Program-made: the position numbers and the translations under genes | Notes under the pieces: model-generated | What the model was told of the DNA's origin: nothing | What the model saw: only the letters and a program-made list of their open reading frames with translations | Database searches by the model: none | NCBI GenBank assembly: GCA_963777955.1 | Contig: CAVZSQ010000015.1 | Coordinates: forward strand, 32,001-96,000 | DNA: 64,000 nt | Origin: Calditrichia bacterium | Lineage (GTDB): Bacteria; Calditrichota; Calditrichia; JAJRVZ01 | Direction: 5' to 3' | Shown: positions 42,422-53,398 of the stretch, in pieces | Numbering within the stretch: the stretch's first letter is position 1 | How the letters are laid out: every line of letters begins with the position of its first letter

Positions 42422-42606
42422 AATCTGCTCCTGCAGGATAAAAATAGGTCTGCTAAAATTGTCTGGTAAATACGTAGTCAGTAAATAAAAGATTCATTAT
42501 AATTCAATTCAAAATCAGATACAAGTTATTTATATACACCGCCCTGATAAAGTCATTGAATAAACTGATATTTATGATTAAGTTAGCAATTATTTTGAGT
42601 GAGTAT

Positions 42607-44202
42607 ATGCAACGAAGAAAATTTCTATATTATGGTAATTTGCTGCTCGCCGCCGTCAGCATCTGGCCGGGAAAACTGCTGGGCCGTGTGAGTTTAGGCA
42701 GCACCCGGCTTAGCGGGCTGGCAACTAAGGATAACCGGATATCGGTTATCGCTGCTTCCCTGCAGATTGAAGGGCAACTAGCCACGATGGAGAAATGGGG
42801 ATACCTCTACGTTAACCTGGCTGAATTTGCCCAGACTCTTCATTTTGGCATTTACACCAATGAAGAACGCCGGAAAACCGTACTGTATATCGGCCAGGAA
42901 CGTATCACTTTCAGCGCCGACAATACTTTTATCAATGTCAATGGACAGATTGTCCAGACCACCCTGGAATCCTTGTGGCTCGACAACCAAATGTGGGTTC
43001 CGCTGGACCATTTGGCGGCAATATTGAATAAATATACCACGCTGACTTTAAACCTGAATAAGGAGTTAAATCAACTCAGTATCGGGCGTACAGATGTCAA
43101 TGTTACGGGAATCAAGATCGCGGAAAAAGATAATGGGACCATGATTCAGGTGTTTGCTACCAAAAAATTTTCTGAGAAAGATATCGTCCTGGATATACGC
43201 TATAATTATTTCCACATCGATATTTTCGGAGCAAAAATTAATCCGCAAAGTATTGCTGCCGCGGCCACAACGGGTATTATTTCCAAAATCGAAGCGTTTC
43301 AATTGGGAGAAACAGCGTCAATCGGTTTCCGCCTTAAAGGGGAAATCCTCGGCCGGGACCTGGTCCTGAATACCGACAGTAATGATTTCTATGTCAATCT
43401 GCGTACGAGGGAAGTGCTTGGAGTGGAAGAAGAACAGGCTCAGCCGGGCGGGGAACAGACACAAAAGGTCAAAGATGAACTGGATCAGCAGAAAAAGAAG
43501 TGGCTGGTGGATACCGTGGTCATTGATGCCGGACATGGCGGCAAGGATTCGGGTGCACTGGGATTTAGCAAAATAAAGGAGAAGGATATAGTCCTGCCCA
43601 TCGCTCTGACTCTGGGAGATTTAATACAAAAAAATATGCCGGAAGTCCGGGTAATTTATACCCGTGACCGGGATGTGTTTATACCTTTATGGAAACGCAC
43701 CAAGATTGCTAATGACGCGGGAGCGAATCTGTTCATCAGTGTTCATTGTAATAGTAACCTGAACCGTAATGCCAACGGCAGCGAAACATATTTTTTAAGT
43801 GCGGATAAAGACACCAAGGCGACCGAAGTCGTGCTTAAGGAAAATTCAGCCATCGAATTTGAAGAGAGTGAAGACAAGCAGCGATACGAGGGATTGAATT
43901 TTATCCTGGCTACGATGTTGCAAAGCGTCAATATCAAACACAGTCAGTATTTTGCATCACTGATACAGAATTTTCTCAATGATAAATTGGAGAAAGTCGG
44001 CATTGTCAGTCGCGGGGTTAAACAGGGGCCTTTCTGGGTAATGGTGGGTGCTACCATGCCCAATGTCTTAATCGAAGCCGGTTATATTTCCAATAAACAC
44101 GAGGAACGAATTTTAAGTCAAGCGAGTACACAGAAAAAGATTGCCGAGGGTATTTTTAATGGATTGCGGCAATATAAAGAAGATATAGAAAATGCTATCT
44201 GA
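42607..44202 (+). CDS. N-acetylmuramoyl-L-alanine amidase (Amidase_3)
   Basis: VIDAGHGGKD, EKD, YTRDRD, FISVHCN and LIEAGY; N-terminus MQRRKFL. Confidence 0.93.
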   Translation: MQRRKFLYYGNLLLAAVSIWPGKLLGRVSLGSTRLSGLATKDNRISVIAASLQIEGQLATMEKWGYLYVNLAEFAQTLHFGIYTNEERRKTVLYIGQERITFSADNTFINVNGQIVQTTLESLWLDNQMWVPLDHLAAILNKYTTLTLNLNKELNQLSIGRTDVNVTGIKIAEKDNGTMIQVFATKKFSEKDIVLDIRYNYFHIDIFGAKINPQSIAAAATTGIISKIEAFQLGETASIGFRLKGEILGRDLVLNTDSNDFYVNLRTREVLGVEEEQAQPGGEQTQKVKDELDQQKKKWLVDTVVIDAGHGGKDSGALGFSKIKEKDIVLPIALTLGDLIQKNMPEVRVIYTRDRDVFIPLWKRTKIANDAGANLFISVHCNSNLNRNANGSETYFLSADKDTKATEVVLKENSAIEFEESEDKQRYEGLNFILATMLQSVNIKHSQYFASLIQNFLNDKLEKVGIVSRGVKQGPFWVMVGATMPNVLIEAGYISNKHEERILSQASTQKKIAEGIFNGLRQYKEDIENAI

Positions 44203-44210
44203 GTAACAGA

Positions 44211-45062
44211 ATGATGAATAAACCCATAGGTGTATTCGATTCTGGCATTGGCGGTCTGACCGTGGTCAAACAGTTGCTGCAATATTTACCCGATGAAGAT
44301 ATTGTTTATTTTGGAGATACAGCCCGTGTACCTTATGGCACAAAATCGGAAGAACTGATCAAGAAATATGCACTTGAAGATGCTGCTTTTTTAAAGCAAT
44401 TTGATGTAAAAATGCTGGTAGTAGCCTGTAATTCCGTGTCGGCGGTGGCTCTGGATTTACTCGTGTCGACTTGTACAATCCCGGTTTTAGGTGTGATCGA
44501 ACCTGGTGTGGATGCCGCCGTCCGTCAGACGGTTAAAAATAAAATAGGGGTCATTGGTACAACAGCCACTATCAATAGCAACGCTTACTATAGAAAAATT
44601 GTCAGGTTAAATCCGGATATTCAGGTGCTTAGTCAGCCCTGCCCGCTGCTGGTCTCTCTGGTCGAAGAAGGCTGGATCACGGAAACTATTACACGCTTAA
44701 CTATAGAAAAATATCTACAGCCCCTGCTGGCAGATGGAATAGATACGGTTATTCTGGGTTGTACCCATTATCCGGTCCTGAAAGATATGATCCAGCAGGT
44801 GGTCGGAGAGCATATATCCCTGATTGATTCGGGCAAAGAAACTGCTCGCAAAGTGAAAGAATTGTTGATAAATTCAAAATTAGAACGCCGGGACGGGGGG
44901 AAGCAATTCCTGCAGTTTTATGTAAGTGATATCCCTTTCAAATTTGACGAAATTGGAACCCGCTTTCTGGGTCGATCGTTAGTGAATACCAAGAGGGTCG
45001 AATTTGATAAATTTATAGTCGAGCAGGATAAATCCATATACGATCCCTTACAGAAAATCTGA
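44211..45062 (+). CDS. murI: Glutamate racemase
   Basis: FDSGIGGLTV, PYGTK, ACNS and LGCTHYP. Confidence 0.97.
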   Translation: MMNKPIGVFDSGIGGLTVVKQLLQYLPDEDIVYFGDTARVPYGTKSEELIKKYALEDAAFLKQFDVKMLVVACNSVSAVALDLLVSTCTIPVLGVIEPGVDAAVRQTVKNKIGVIGTTATINSNAYYRKIVRLNPDIQVLSQPCPLLVSLVEEGWITETITRLTIEKYLQPLLADGIDTVILGCTHYPVLKDMIQQVVGEHISLIDSGKETARKVKELLINSKLERRDGGKQFLQFYVSDIPFKFDEIGTRFLGRSLVNTKRVEFDKFIVEQDKSIYDPLQKI

Positions 45063-45075
45063 TAAAACGTAGACG

Positions 45076-46053
45076 ATGATGCCGAGAACAGCCAGTATGA
45101 AACTAACCAGATTAGTAGTGCCTGTCCTTTGTTTGTGGAGCTGGAGTGCAGTTTGCGCAGCAGCCGCAGGTGCCGGCACATCAGGATTTGAATTTTTACG
45201 CACCGATTTCAGCCCACGGTCCAGTGCCATGGGCGGAGCCTTCCTGGCTTTACGGGGAGATGTGAATGGCATCTTTCAAAATCCGGCAGGGATGGTTTAT
45301 AGCGCAGAGAGACAATTTTGCTTCAATTATACTGATTATCTTCTGGATATTTCCGGTGGGCAAGCAGGATATACCCAGCGCCTGACCGGTCACGGCCAGA
45401 TTAGCGCAGCTATTCTGTATCTGAATTATGGTTCATTTAAAGAGACCGATGAGTTCACTAATGCCAGTGGGCGCAGTTTCAGTGCCGGCGATCTGGCCCT
45501 GGCAGTATCGTATTCGGATTACTTGGAGGAGCGTTTCACATATGGTGTAACTTTTAAATATATCCATTCTAAAATTGACACTTATACGGCCAGCGCTCTG
45601 GGACTTGATCTGGGATTGATTTACGAAGCGCCCTTCAGTAATGATTTGTACCTGGGGATTGCCTTATTGAATATCGGCAAGGCACTTAGCGCTTATGTCC
45701 ATACTAAGGAAAGTCTGCCCTTAAGTCTAAAATTCGGTGTTTCCAAAAAGCTTGCTCATTTGCCGTTAGTTTATGATCTCTCTTTTTATGATCTGAACAG
45801 GTCTGAAGATAAATTCGTGGATCGTTTGAAAAAATTCGCGATCGGCGGTGAATTCACGCTGTCGCAATTATTCCGCCTGAGGTTGGGTTATGATCATGAT
45901 CTGCATCAGGATCTGGATACACCATCGGCAAAATTTTCCGGAGTTTCTCTGGGCTTCGGGGTAGTCTGGCGTACCTACCGTTTTGATTATTCTTTTTCTT
46001 CTTACGGAGATCTCGATAATGCCCACCGTTTTGGAATACAGGGTTCTTTTTGA
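45076..46053 (+). CDS. PorV/PorQ family outer-membrane beta-barrel
   Basis: FL..DFSPRSSAMGGA, QNPAG, LRLGY and RFDYSF...HRFGIQGSF, ending in Phe. Confidence 0.82.
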   Translation: MMPRTASMKLTRLVVPVLCLWSWSAVCAAAAGAGTSGFEFLRTDFSPRSSAMGGAFLALRGDVNGIFQNPAGMVYSAERQFCFNYTDYLLDISGGQAGYTQRLTGHGQISAAILYLNYGSFKETDEFTNASGRSFSAGDLALAVSYSDYLEERFTYGVTFKYIHSKIDTYTASALGLDLGLIYEAPFSNDLYLGIALLNIGKALSAYVHTKESLPLSLKFGVSKKLAHLPLVYDLSFYDLNRSEDKFVDRLKKFAIGGEFTLSQLFRLRLGYDHDLHQDLDTPSAKFSGVSLGFGVVWRTYRFDYSFSSYGDLDNAHRFGIQGSF

Positions 46054-46154
46054 TCTATCTTTCTCTTCCTGTACATCTGATCTCCGGCCTGCCCCTGCCG
46101 GGCAATATTAACACAACTGCGTGATTATAATATGGCAATATAGCGGAAAAGATT

Positions 46155-47147
46155 ATGTTTATTGATGAAGCCAGGATCATAGTTAAATCGGGACAGGGTG
46201 GCAGCGGCTGTGCCAGTTTCAGGCGGGAAAAATTTGTGCCCAAAGGCGGGCCTGATGGCGGAGACGGCGGCAATGGCGGCAGTGTAATCATCATGGCCGA
46301 AAGGCATTTGCATACACTGATAGATTTTCGTTATCAGCACAAATACCAGGCAGCAAGGGGACAACACGGGCAAGGCGCGAATAAACAGGGAAAAAGCGCT
46401 CCTGATTTAATTATCAAAGTGCCGGCTGGTACGGTTATCCGCGATGCTGAAACTGGAGAAATCGTGGCAGATTTCGTCCATGATGGAGATAACTGTTTGA
46501 TCGTCAAAGGCGGCAGAGGAGGACGGGGAAATGCGGCTTTTACCACCTCTACCAACCAGGCTCCGCGCAAGTGGGAAGTTGGTCAACGCGGCCAGCAGAA
46601 AATTCTGGAATTGGAACTAAAATTGCTTGCAGATATAGGACTGGTGGGATTCCCCAATGCGGGTAAATCAACACTGTTGTCGCGAATTTCGGCAGCGCAT
46701 CCTAAGATTGCCGATTACCCGTTCACGACGCTGGAGCCGAATCTGGGTATCGTGAGTTATAAAAATTACCAGCAACTGGTGGTGGCCGACATCCCCGGTC
46801 TGATTGCCGGATCCCATCAGGGTAAAGGATTGGGGCATAAATTTCTTCGCCATATTGAACGGACCCGGGCCCTGGCCTTTATGATCGAATCAACAGATCA
46901 AAGACCGGATAAAACTTTTAAAATCCTGTTCAATGAATTGAAAGCATTTAGTCCTATGCTGGTTAAGAAACCGTTCATCATCTTGCTGACCAAATCCGAT
47001 CTGCAGCAGGGATCGGTAAAAATCAAAAAATTTAAGGGTGACTATACCGTAATCTCTTTTTCTGCGGCTACGGGTGAAAATTTGCCAGCAGTCATCGCTG
47101 CTTTCTTTAAACTGGTGCTCCAGGCAAATTCAAAAAATATGGCATGA
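46155..47147 (+). CDS. obgE: GTPase ObgE/CgtA
   Basis: MFIDE, FRREKFVPKGGPDGGDGG, GFPNAGKS, YPFTT, DIPG and TKSD. Confidence 0.97.
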   Translation: MFIDEARIIVKSGQGGSGCASFRREKFVPKGGPDGGDGGNGGSVIIMAERHLHTLIDFRYQHKYQAARGQHGQGANKQGKSAPDLIIKVPAGTVIRDAETGEIVADFVHDGDNCLIVKGGRGGRGNAAFTTSTNQAPRKWEVGQRGQQKILELELKLLADIGLVGFPNAGKSTLLSRISAAHPKIADYPFTTLEPNLGIVSYKNYQQLVVADIPGLIAGSHQGKGLGHKFLRHIERTRALAFMIESTDQRPDKTFKILFNELKAFSPMLVKKPFIILLTKSDLQQGSVKIKKFKGDYTVISFSAATGENLPAVIAAFFKLVLQANSKNMA

Positions 47148-48234
47148 CCTGCGCTGAAATTATTCCTTTATTAAGACTCTATTCAATTCCGGGGATTGGT
47201 TCGGGACGAATGCGCCAGTTAATCGGCAATCTGGGCTCGGCTCAAACCGTGCTGGATGCACCGGTTCAAAAATTAATCCGCGTACCTGGTGTGGATCGGG
47301 CGATCGCCTTAAAAATCAAGAGATCGGTCGATGAAAAATTCGTAGAGCAGCAGTTAAAATTGCTGCAGCAATTCAATATTAAACTGCTGACCTTCTGGGA
47401 TGATGAATATCCTGAATCCTTAAAACGAATATTTGATCCCCCGGCCTTTATTTATTATAAAGGTTCCCTTAAGCCTGAAGACAAACTGGCTCTGGCGATA
47501 GTCGGTACAAGAGTTCCGACTCAATACGGAAAAATAGTCACGGAGCAGTTGTGTAAAGATCTGGTGGAAAATGATATTACGGTAGTCAGCGGATTGGCCA
47601 GGGGTATCGATACCCAGGCTCATCGCAGTGTCATTATGAATCGGGGCCGGACCCTGGCTGTGCTCGGCTGCGGATTGGATAGAATCTATCCCCCTGAGAA
47701 TAAAAAACTGGCCGAAGAGATCGAAGGAAATGGCGCCCTGATCAGCGAATACCCGCTGGGTACCATGCCCGATGCCGGAAATTTTCCCCGCCGTAACCGG
47801 ATCATCAGCGGTCTGAGTTTGGGTGTCCTGATCATTGAAGCAGGTATGAAGAGCGGTGCGCTGATCACGGCATTTCAGGCTCTGGAACAAAATCGTGAAG
47901 TGTTCGCTGTCCCCGGTCCGATCAACTCAGGAAAAGTATCGGCACCAACCAATTGATCAAAGAAGGTGCCAAACTTGTCCAAAATATCTCGGATATTTTA
48001 AAGGAGTTAGCCGGACAGCTTGAATCAAAAACCAAGAAAGTTGAGCAAAGAATTGCCAATCTGAATAAAATCGAAAATGAAGTATATAATCTGTTGAGTA
48101 AAGATCCGGTTCATGTGGATCGACTGGTTCAGTGCACGCAAAAATCAGCACCGGAAATTCTGGCAGTTCTGCTGACCCTGGAGTTGCTGGGATTAATCCG
48201 TCAACTTTCAGGTAAAATGTTTATTCGGATTTAG
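47144..48234 (+). CDS. dprA: DNA-processing protein DprA; -1 frameshift in the A-run at about 47932-47935
   Basis: AIVGTR, VSGLARGID, FPRRNRIISGLS, SGALIT. Adding one A gives GKSIGTNQLIKEGAKLV and the C-terminal winged-helix region. Confidence 0.93.
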
Positions 48235-48260
48235 CCAGATAGAGTCTGAATCAGGCTGGA

Positions 48261-49058
48261 TCAGCTTAGCGGACGATACCAGCTGCTTAACTGCCTGATG
48301 CTCCATACTACAATCACAGCCGCGGGAATTAAAATATAAACTGAAACATGGTCACCCATCAGGTACCAGTTCAGCTGATCCCCTATATTATAAAAGATCA
48401 ATGACAATAAATTGTTCAGACCATGTACGATAATTGCCGGTACAATCGAGTCGGCGCGCCAGGCCAGAAAGCCGATAACAACGCCCATTAAAAAAATCTG
48501 AATAGCCCACCAGGGGTTCATATGTATCATGGTCCAGGTCAGGCTGGTCAGTAAAACCGCCCGGGTCGGATCGCCTTTGCGTTCAAGACTGACCTGCAGG
48601 AAGCCGCGGAACAGTATCTCTTCTGCAAAGGCAGCCAGCAGGACAACCCCCAGCAATAGCATCACCCAATCAGTGCTGGTCTCGGCCCGCATAAACCGGA
48701 GTTCTTCGATTAACCACTGGGGAGCAGGGAGGAAAATCTGTATCAAGCGGTCCACCTCGTCACTGACTACACCCAGGGCGATACCAAGCAGCATGCTCAC
48801 GGAGAGGACTTCGACCGGAACTGCTTTAAAACGGAAGATGGCTCCGGCATTATACTTTCGCATTTTTACATATATAAGCGGGAAGATCAGGAAAGGTATA
48901 TCGCCCAGGACGAGTAACCATCTGGCCTGGGGTTCTATAGCTGAACCGGACAGGAAGATCCAGATTCTCAGGATAGAAGCAACTCCCAGAACGAAACCGA
49001 ATATCACCAGCACGACTACCAGTGCTTCCACAGGTTCCGGGAATTTTTTTTCTTCCAT
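48261..49058 (-). CDS. CPBP (CAAX/Abi) intramembrane metalloprotease
   Basis: EEILFRG, W...H and HGLNN motifs in a polytopic membrane protein. Confidence 0.9.
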   Translation of the reverse strand: MEEKKFPEPVEALVVVLVIFGFVLGVASILRIWIFLSGSAIEPQARWLLVLGDIPFLIFPLIYVKMRKYNAGAIFRFKAVPVEVLSVSMLLGIALGVVSDEVDRLIQIFLPAPQWLIEELRFMRAETSTDWVMLLLGVVLLAAFAEEILFRGFLQVSLERKGDPTRAVLLTSLTWTMIHMNPWWAIQIFLMGVVIGFLAWRADSIVPAIIVHGLNNLLSLIFYNIGDQLNWYLMGDHVSVYILIPAAVIVVWSIRQLSSWYRPLS

Positions 49059-49064
49059 ATCGAT

Positions 49065-49859
49065 TCATCCTTTCGTTATCTGATAGAACATAATTCCGGC
49101 GGAAACAGCCAGGTTCAACGATTCTATATTACCTCTCTGGGGAATCGTAAGCCGTTGATCAACCAGTTTAAGTACTGATTCAGACAGGCCCGCGGCCTCA
49201 GAACCAAATACCAGTAATATTTTATTTTCAGGATTTATTTCAGTGATGGACTGGCCTCCGTCCGGAACGGCTGCAATTACCAGGTAACCTTGCGGTTTCA
49301 GCCGGGTTACCACCTGATCGAATGGTAAATTTGCATAAATATTTGCCGCGAAGATTGCACCGGCGCTGGCCCGCACGGATTTTGGATTATAAGCATCGAC
49401 ACAACCGGGACTTAAAACCACTGATTTTATTCCAAACCAGACCATACTGCGCAGGATAGTGCCCAGGTTGCCTGCATCCGAAATCTGTTCCAGGAATACG
49501 ATGACCCGCTCGCGGCCTGTCTGCAACTCATGACTGTTTTTTAATCTTTTGGCCACGATAAAAAAAATTCCCGGGGCAGTGACCTCAGCTGACAGGCGTT
49601 GCATCTGACGTTCCGTGCTGCGATAGACCTGAATTTTTCTGTCGGCTGCCGTACGCAGGATATGTGAGCCCTGTTCGGTATCAAGCACCCGGTTACTTAA
49701 AATAATTTCCAGAATTTTTGTTGCTGGCTCATCAAAGGCAGCGCTTAGTAACCGGTAACCTTCGCCAAAATACAAATCCAGCTGGTCACGGTATTTTTTC
49801 TGATGTGCTTTATGCAGCAGTTTTTGTTTATTTGCAGAAAGGGGCGGAGGAGTATTCAT
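49065..49859 (-). CDS. TrmH/SpoU family RNA methyltransferase
   Basis: DAGNLGTILRS, VRASAGA, FGSEAAG and ESLNLAVS. Confidence 0.92.
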   Translation of the reverse strand: MNTPPPLSANKQKLLHKAHQKKYRDQLDLYFGEGYRLLSAAFDEPATKILEIILSNRVLDTEQGSHILRTAADRKIQVYRSTERQMQRLSAEVTAPGIFFIVAKRLKNSHELQTGRERVIVFLEQISDAGNLGTILRSMVWFGIKSVVLSPGCVDAYNPKSVRASAGAIFAANIYANLPFDQVVTRLKPQGYLVIAAVPDGGQSITEINPENKILLVFGSEAAGLSESVLKLVDQRLTIPQRGNIESLNLAVSAGIMFYQITKG

Positions 49860-49874
49860 GTACTATGATCTGAT

Positions 49875-51137
49875 TTATAGGATCTTCGCCAGAAACTGAT
49901 CGATCTGGTCGATGGGAACTGAATGCTGTTTTCCATCCTGCATATCTTTAATCGAATATTGGCCCAGCTCCATCTCATTATCTCCCATTAAAACCACCAG
50001 CCGGGCCTGCTGACGATTGGCTTCGCGCAGTTGTGCTTTTAAACTGCGCAGAGAATAATCCTGATCGGCTTTATACCCGGATTGCCGTAAATGTTGTAAT
50101 AATAAAGAGGCATGCTCTACCGCGCGTGCCCCCAGCGCTGCAATGAAAACCTGCATTTTTTCTTTATCTTCCGGCAGTTTGTGCTGTGCTTCCAGAACCA
50201 GCAGCAGTCTCTCCATTCCCGAAGCAAAACCAACCGCAGGTGTGGCTTCGCCACCCAGTTGTTCCGCCAGCAGGTCGTATCGTCCTCCCCCGCAAATGGC
50301 ATCCTGCGAGCCCAACTCCTTGCTGGTTATTTCGAATACAGTCCGGGTATAATAATCCAGGCCGCGGACCAGATAGGGATTTAACTCATAGTGCAGGCTG
50401 TGTTTGCTGAGTAATGTTTTTACCTGCTCAAAATGATTCCGGCAATCGTCATTCAAATAATCGAGCAGCAAGGGGGCATTTTTATTCAATTCGCGGCAAC
50501 CGCTCTCCTTGCAATCCAAAATTCGCAGGGGATTGGTTTCAAACCGTTTCTGGCAGTTGGGGCAATACTGCTGCAGCAGTGGTTTCAGATAAGATTTCAG
50601 GACACTTTTATAGACAGTGCGTGATTCGGGATCACCGACCGAGTTGATCATCAGGTTCAGACCGGTAATACCCAACCGGCGATAAATTTCAACAGCCAGT
50701 AAAATTATTTCCACGTCGACCTGCGCCGAGATGGAACCAAGTGCTTCTGCTCCGAATTGATGAAATTGGCGCAGGCGGCCGGCCTGTGGATTTTCCTGAC
50801 GGAACAGGGCAGAGATATAATATAATTTATTGAAACTCGATTTGGCCGCCAGGTTGTTTTCGATATAGGCCCGCATCAGCGAAGCGGTCATTTCCGGTTT
50901 CAGGGTAAGATTTTTTTGACCACGGTCGGCAAAAGTGTACATTTCTTTGGATACTATATCGGTATTCTGGCCGATACTGCGGGCAAATAATTCGGTTTGT
51001 TCAAAAACCGGGGTACGCAATTCTTTATAATTGTACTGATCCATACAGGTCCGGATGGTCTGTTCGATGCTCAACCACAGAATCGATTGTTCCGGTAAAA
51101 TGTCCTGCGTACCTCTGATTCGTTTAAATTTTTGCAC
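49875..51137 (-). CDS. hisS: Histidine--tRNA ligase
   Basis: RGTQD, KEMY, FRQENPQAGRLRQFHQ, LVRGLDYY and GGGRYD. Confidence 0.98.
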   Translation of the reverse strand: MQKFKRIRGTQDILPEQSILWLSIEQTIRTCMDQYNYKELRTPVFEQTELFARSIGQNTDIVSKEMYTFADRGQKNLTLKPEMTASLMRAYIENNLAAKSSFNKLYYISALFRQENPQAGRLRQFHQFGAEALGSISAQVDVEIILLAVEIYRRLGITGLNLMINSVGDPESRTVYKSVLKSYLKPLLQQYCPNCQKRFETNPLRILDCKESGCRELNKNAPLLLDYLNDDCRNHFEQVKTLLSKHSLHYELNPYLVRGLDYYTRTVFEITSKELGSQDAICGGGRYDLLAEQLGGEATPAVGFASGMERLLLVLEAQHKLPEDKEKMQVFIAALGARAVEHASLLLQHLRQSGYKADQDYSLRSLKAQLREANRQQARLVVLMGDNEMELGQYSIKDMQDGKQHSVPIDQIDQFLAKIL

Positions 51138-51172
51138 GTATTCTTCTCCGCAGAATATTGGTTGAAAACCTA

Positions 51173-51201
51173 ATATTACTTTTTAAAACTGTATTTTGCA
51201 A
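51173..51201 (-). promoter_or_regulatory. Putative sigma70 promoter of hisS
   Basis: Minus strand TTGCAA-N17-TAATAT, about 35 nt before the GTG start. Confidence 0.55.
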
Positions 51202-51332
51202 GAGCGCTGGCGCAGAATGGTGATCAGAAATTATTTATGTACGGGCAGGATCAAATCCCTGTGGACGGTTCTGGTCGAAGGGGCTCCGCTATCGGATTCC
51301 CGGCCGGATCGCCGGATTATAAACCAGATCGA

Positions 51333-51807
51333 TCAGTCGATCTCGAAAAAGTAGTTTTCTTCTTCCTGGATCAGGTCAAACGCCTCATCCTTATTTTTAC
51401 AGGCTGCCAGCTGGTTTCGCAATTCTTCGTTACTCATCAACCGTGAAATCCGGCTGAGCAGTTTAATATGCAGGCCGGGATTATTTTCCGGCCCGACCAG
51501 CAGGAATATAATTTTTACGGGTTTTTTATCAATAGCGTTGAAATCCACTCCACCGGGCTGAATACCCAGCCCTACTGCAAATTGGGGACAGTCGGAATGT
51601 TTACAGTGAGGTATGGCAATAGCTGTTGCCCACACCGGTAGTCATTATTTTCTCACGTTCCAGAACGGCTTTAAGTATGGTTTCCTTTGATTTTACGGAT
51701 TTGTTTTCGAATAATTTCTCTATAAGTTCTTTTATACAGGTATCACGTGTTTTGCCCCGCAGAGGAATTTTAATCAAATCTTTAAGTAATACATCAATGA
51801 GGCGCAT
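51333..51807 (-). CDS. PTS EIIA (Fru/Ntr-type) protein; +1 frameshift near 51621
   Basis: LEREKIMTTGVGN joins IAIPHCK (phospho-His)...FNAIDKKPV...HIKLLSRISR. Confidence 0.88.
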
Positions 51808-51933
51808 TTGTTTCTCCCGCTTATTTATTTTGAATTTATACAAAATCGATAAAAAGGAAAAGACTTTTTTCTGAAAATAAGCCGCCCCTGACCGAATTTG
51901 CCCGCAGCAGGTACAGGGAGTTGTATAAATTAA

Positions 51934-51962
51934 TTGACATAAAAATTATGCCTTGTTAAATT
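51934..51962 (+). promoter_or_regulatory. Putative sigma70 promoter (extended -10)
   Basis: TTGACA-N17-TAAATT with TG one base before the -10; a GGAG RBS lies before ATG 51986. Confidence 0.65.
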
Positions 51963-51985
51963 GAAAAAGAGTCAGTGGAGTTAAC

Positions 51986-52439
51986 ATGAAGTTAAGCGAT
52001 TTTATACGGATGGAATCATATTATTTTAAATTTGCGCGGGACCACCAAGCTGGAAATAATCGAGGAGTTGCTGGGTTGCATAAATGACATGGGCTTGGTC
52101 AGCGATTACGATACGGCGCTTCATGATATTATGGTGCGGGAATCCAGCCAGAGTACAGGTCTGGAAAATGGCATCGCCATCCCCCATGCTAAAACAGAAG
52201 CAGCAAAAAAACTCTGTATGGTCTTTGGCATCAAAAATGATGGTGTGGATTTTAAAACACTTGATGATAAACCCGCCTATCTGTTTTTTCTGGTACTGTC
52301 GCCGATCAATACCTCTGGTCCGCATATACAGGCACTGGCATTGATAACCCGGAATCTTAAGGAGCATGAGACACGGGAAAAGATTCTGAAGGCCAGGTCG
52401 GCAAATGAGATAATTCAAATTTTTGAATCATTTAACTGA
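51986..52439 (+). CDS. PTS EIIA (Fru/Ntr-type) protein; +1 frameshift near 52012
   Basis: MKLSDFI...HIILNLRGTTK; RESSQSTGLENGIAIPHAK; DDKPA; HIQAL. Confidence 0.88.
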
Positions 52440-52443
52440 CATA

Positions 52444-53398
52444 ATGAGTACAAACGATATCTTCCAAGAACGACTTGATGATTTCCGCCGTAAAATAACT
52501 GCCGAACTTAAAAATTTACCGGCAGCCGATACTATTTCATTATTTTATGAACCGATTCATTATGTAAATACCCTGCCCGGTAAAAAAATACGTCCGCTGT
52601 TAACCCTCATCTCAGGTCTTGCCGTTGGCGGGCAACTGGACAACCTGATATTTCCGTCGGCCGCCATCGAATTACTGCATAACTTTTCACTGGTGCATGA
52701 TGACATCATGGATAATGATGATACCCGTCGCGGCCAGCCGACTGTTCATGTTAAATGGGATGTCGGTACAGCCATACTGACCGGTGACGGCTTGCTCGGT
52801 TTTGCTTACCGCAAATTGTTGGATACACCTAATATCCGTACCAACCGTCTGGCAGTTCTGTTCACCGAGGCTATGCTGGAAATTTGTGAAGGCCAGGCTT
52901 TGGACAAGATTTTCGAAACCCGCGACAGAGGTCAGTGAAAAATCATATTTTGCCATGATTGCTAAAAAAACTGCCAGATTGATGCAACTGGCCTGTGAGA
53001 TGGGGGCGATCGTCGGTACCGGAACGGGCAGCGAGATCCGCGCCCTGGCAAATTTTGGCTACAACCTGGGTATCGGTTTCCAGATCCAGGATGATCTGCT
53101 GGATATCTTTGCCGATGAAGAACGATTAGGTAAACCGGTCGGTAGTGATCTGAAGAGGAATAAGAAAACCATCGTCTCAATCAAATTGTATAAGAGTGCC
53201 GGCATCACAGATCTTTATCAATATCAACTGGCGGAAATCAAACAGTTACTGGATAAACATGGTGTGATCAACGAAGTGAACCGGATCTCTGAATCATATT
53301 TTTCGAAAGCTTATGGTTATCTGCGCAAAATCACCGGAACAGAATACAAACAATTATTAATCTATATCCTGGATCTTATTAAAAACCGGGAAAAGTGA
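52444..53398 (+). CDS. Polyprenyl diphosphate synthase; +1 frameshift near 52920
   Basis: GKKIRP, first Asp-rich motif LVHDDIMD..RRG, GQALD, then KTA and second Asp-rich motif FQIQDDLLD in the next frame. Confidence 0.92.

Noticed and set aside
51205..51332. T-box or structured leader upstream of hisS
   Set aside because: Only short GC hairpins, no T-box consensus or terminator, and the segment lies upstream of the predicted hisS promoter.
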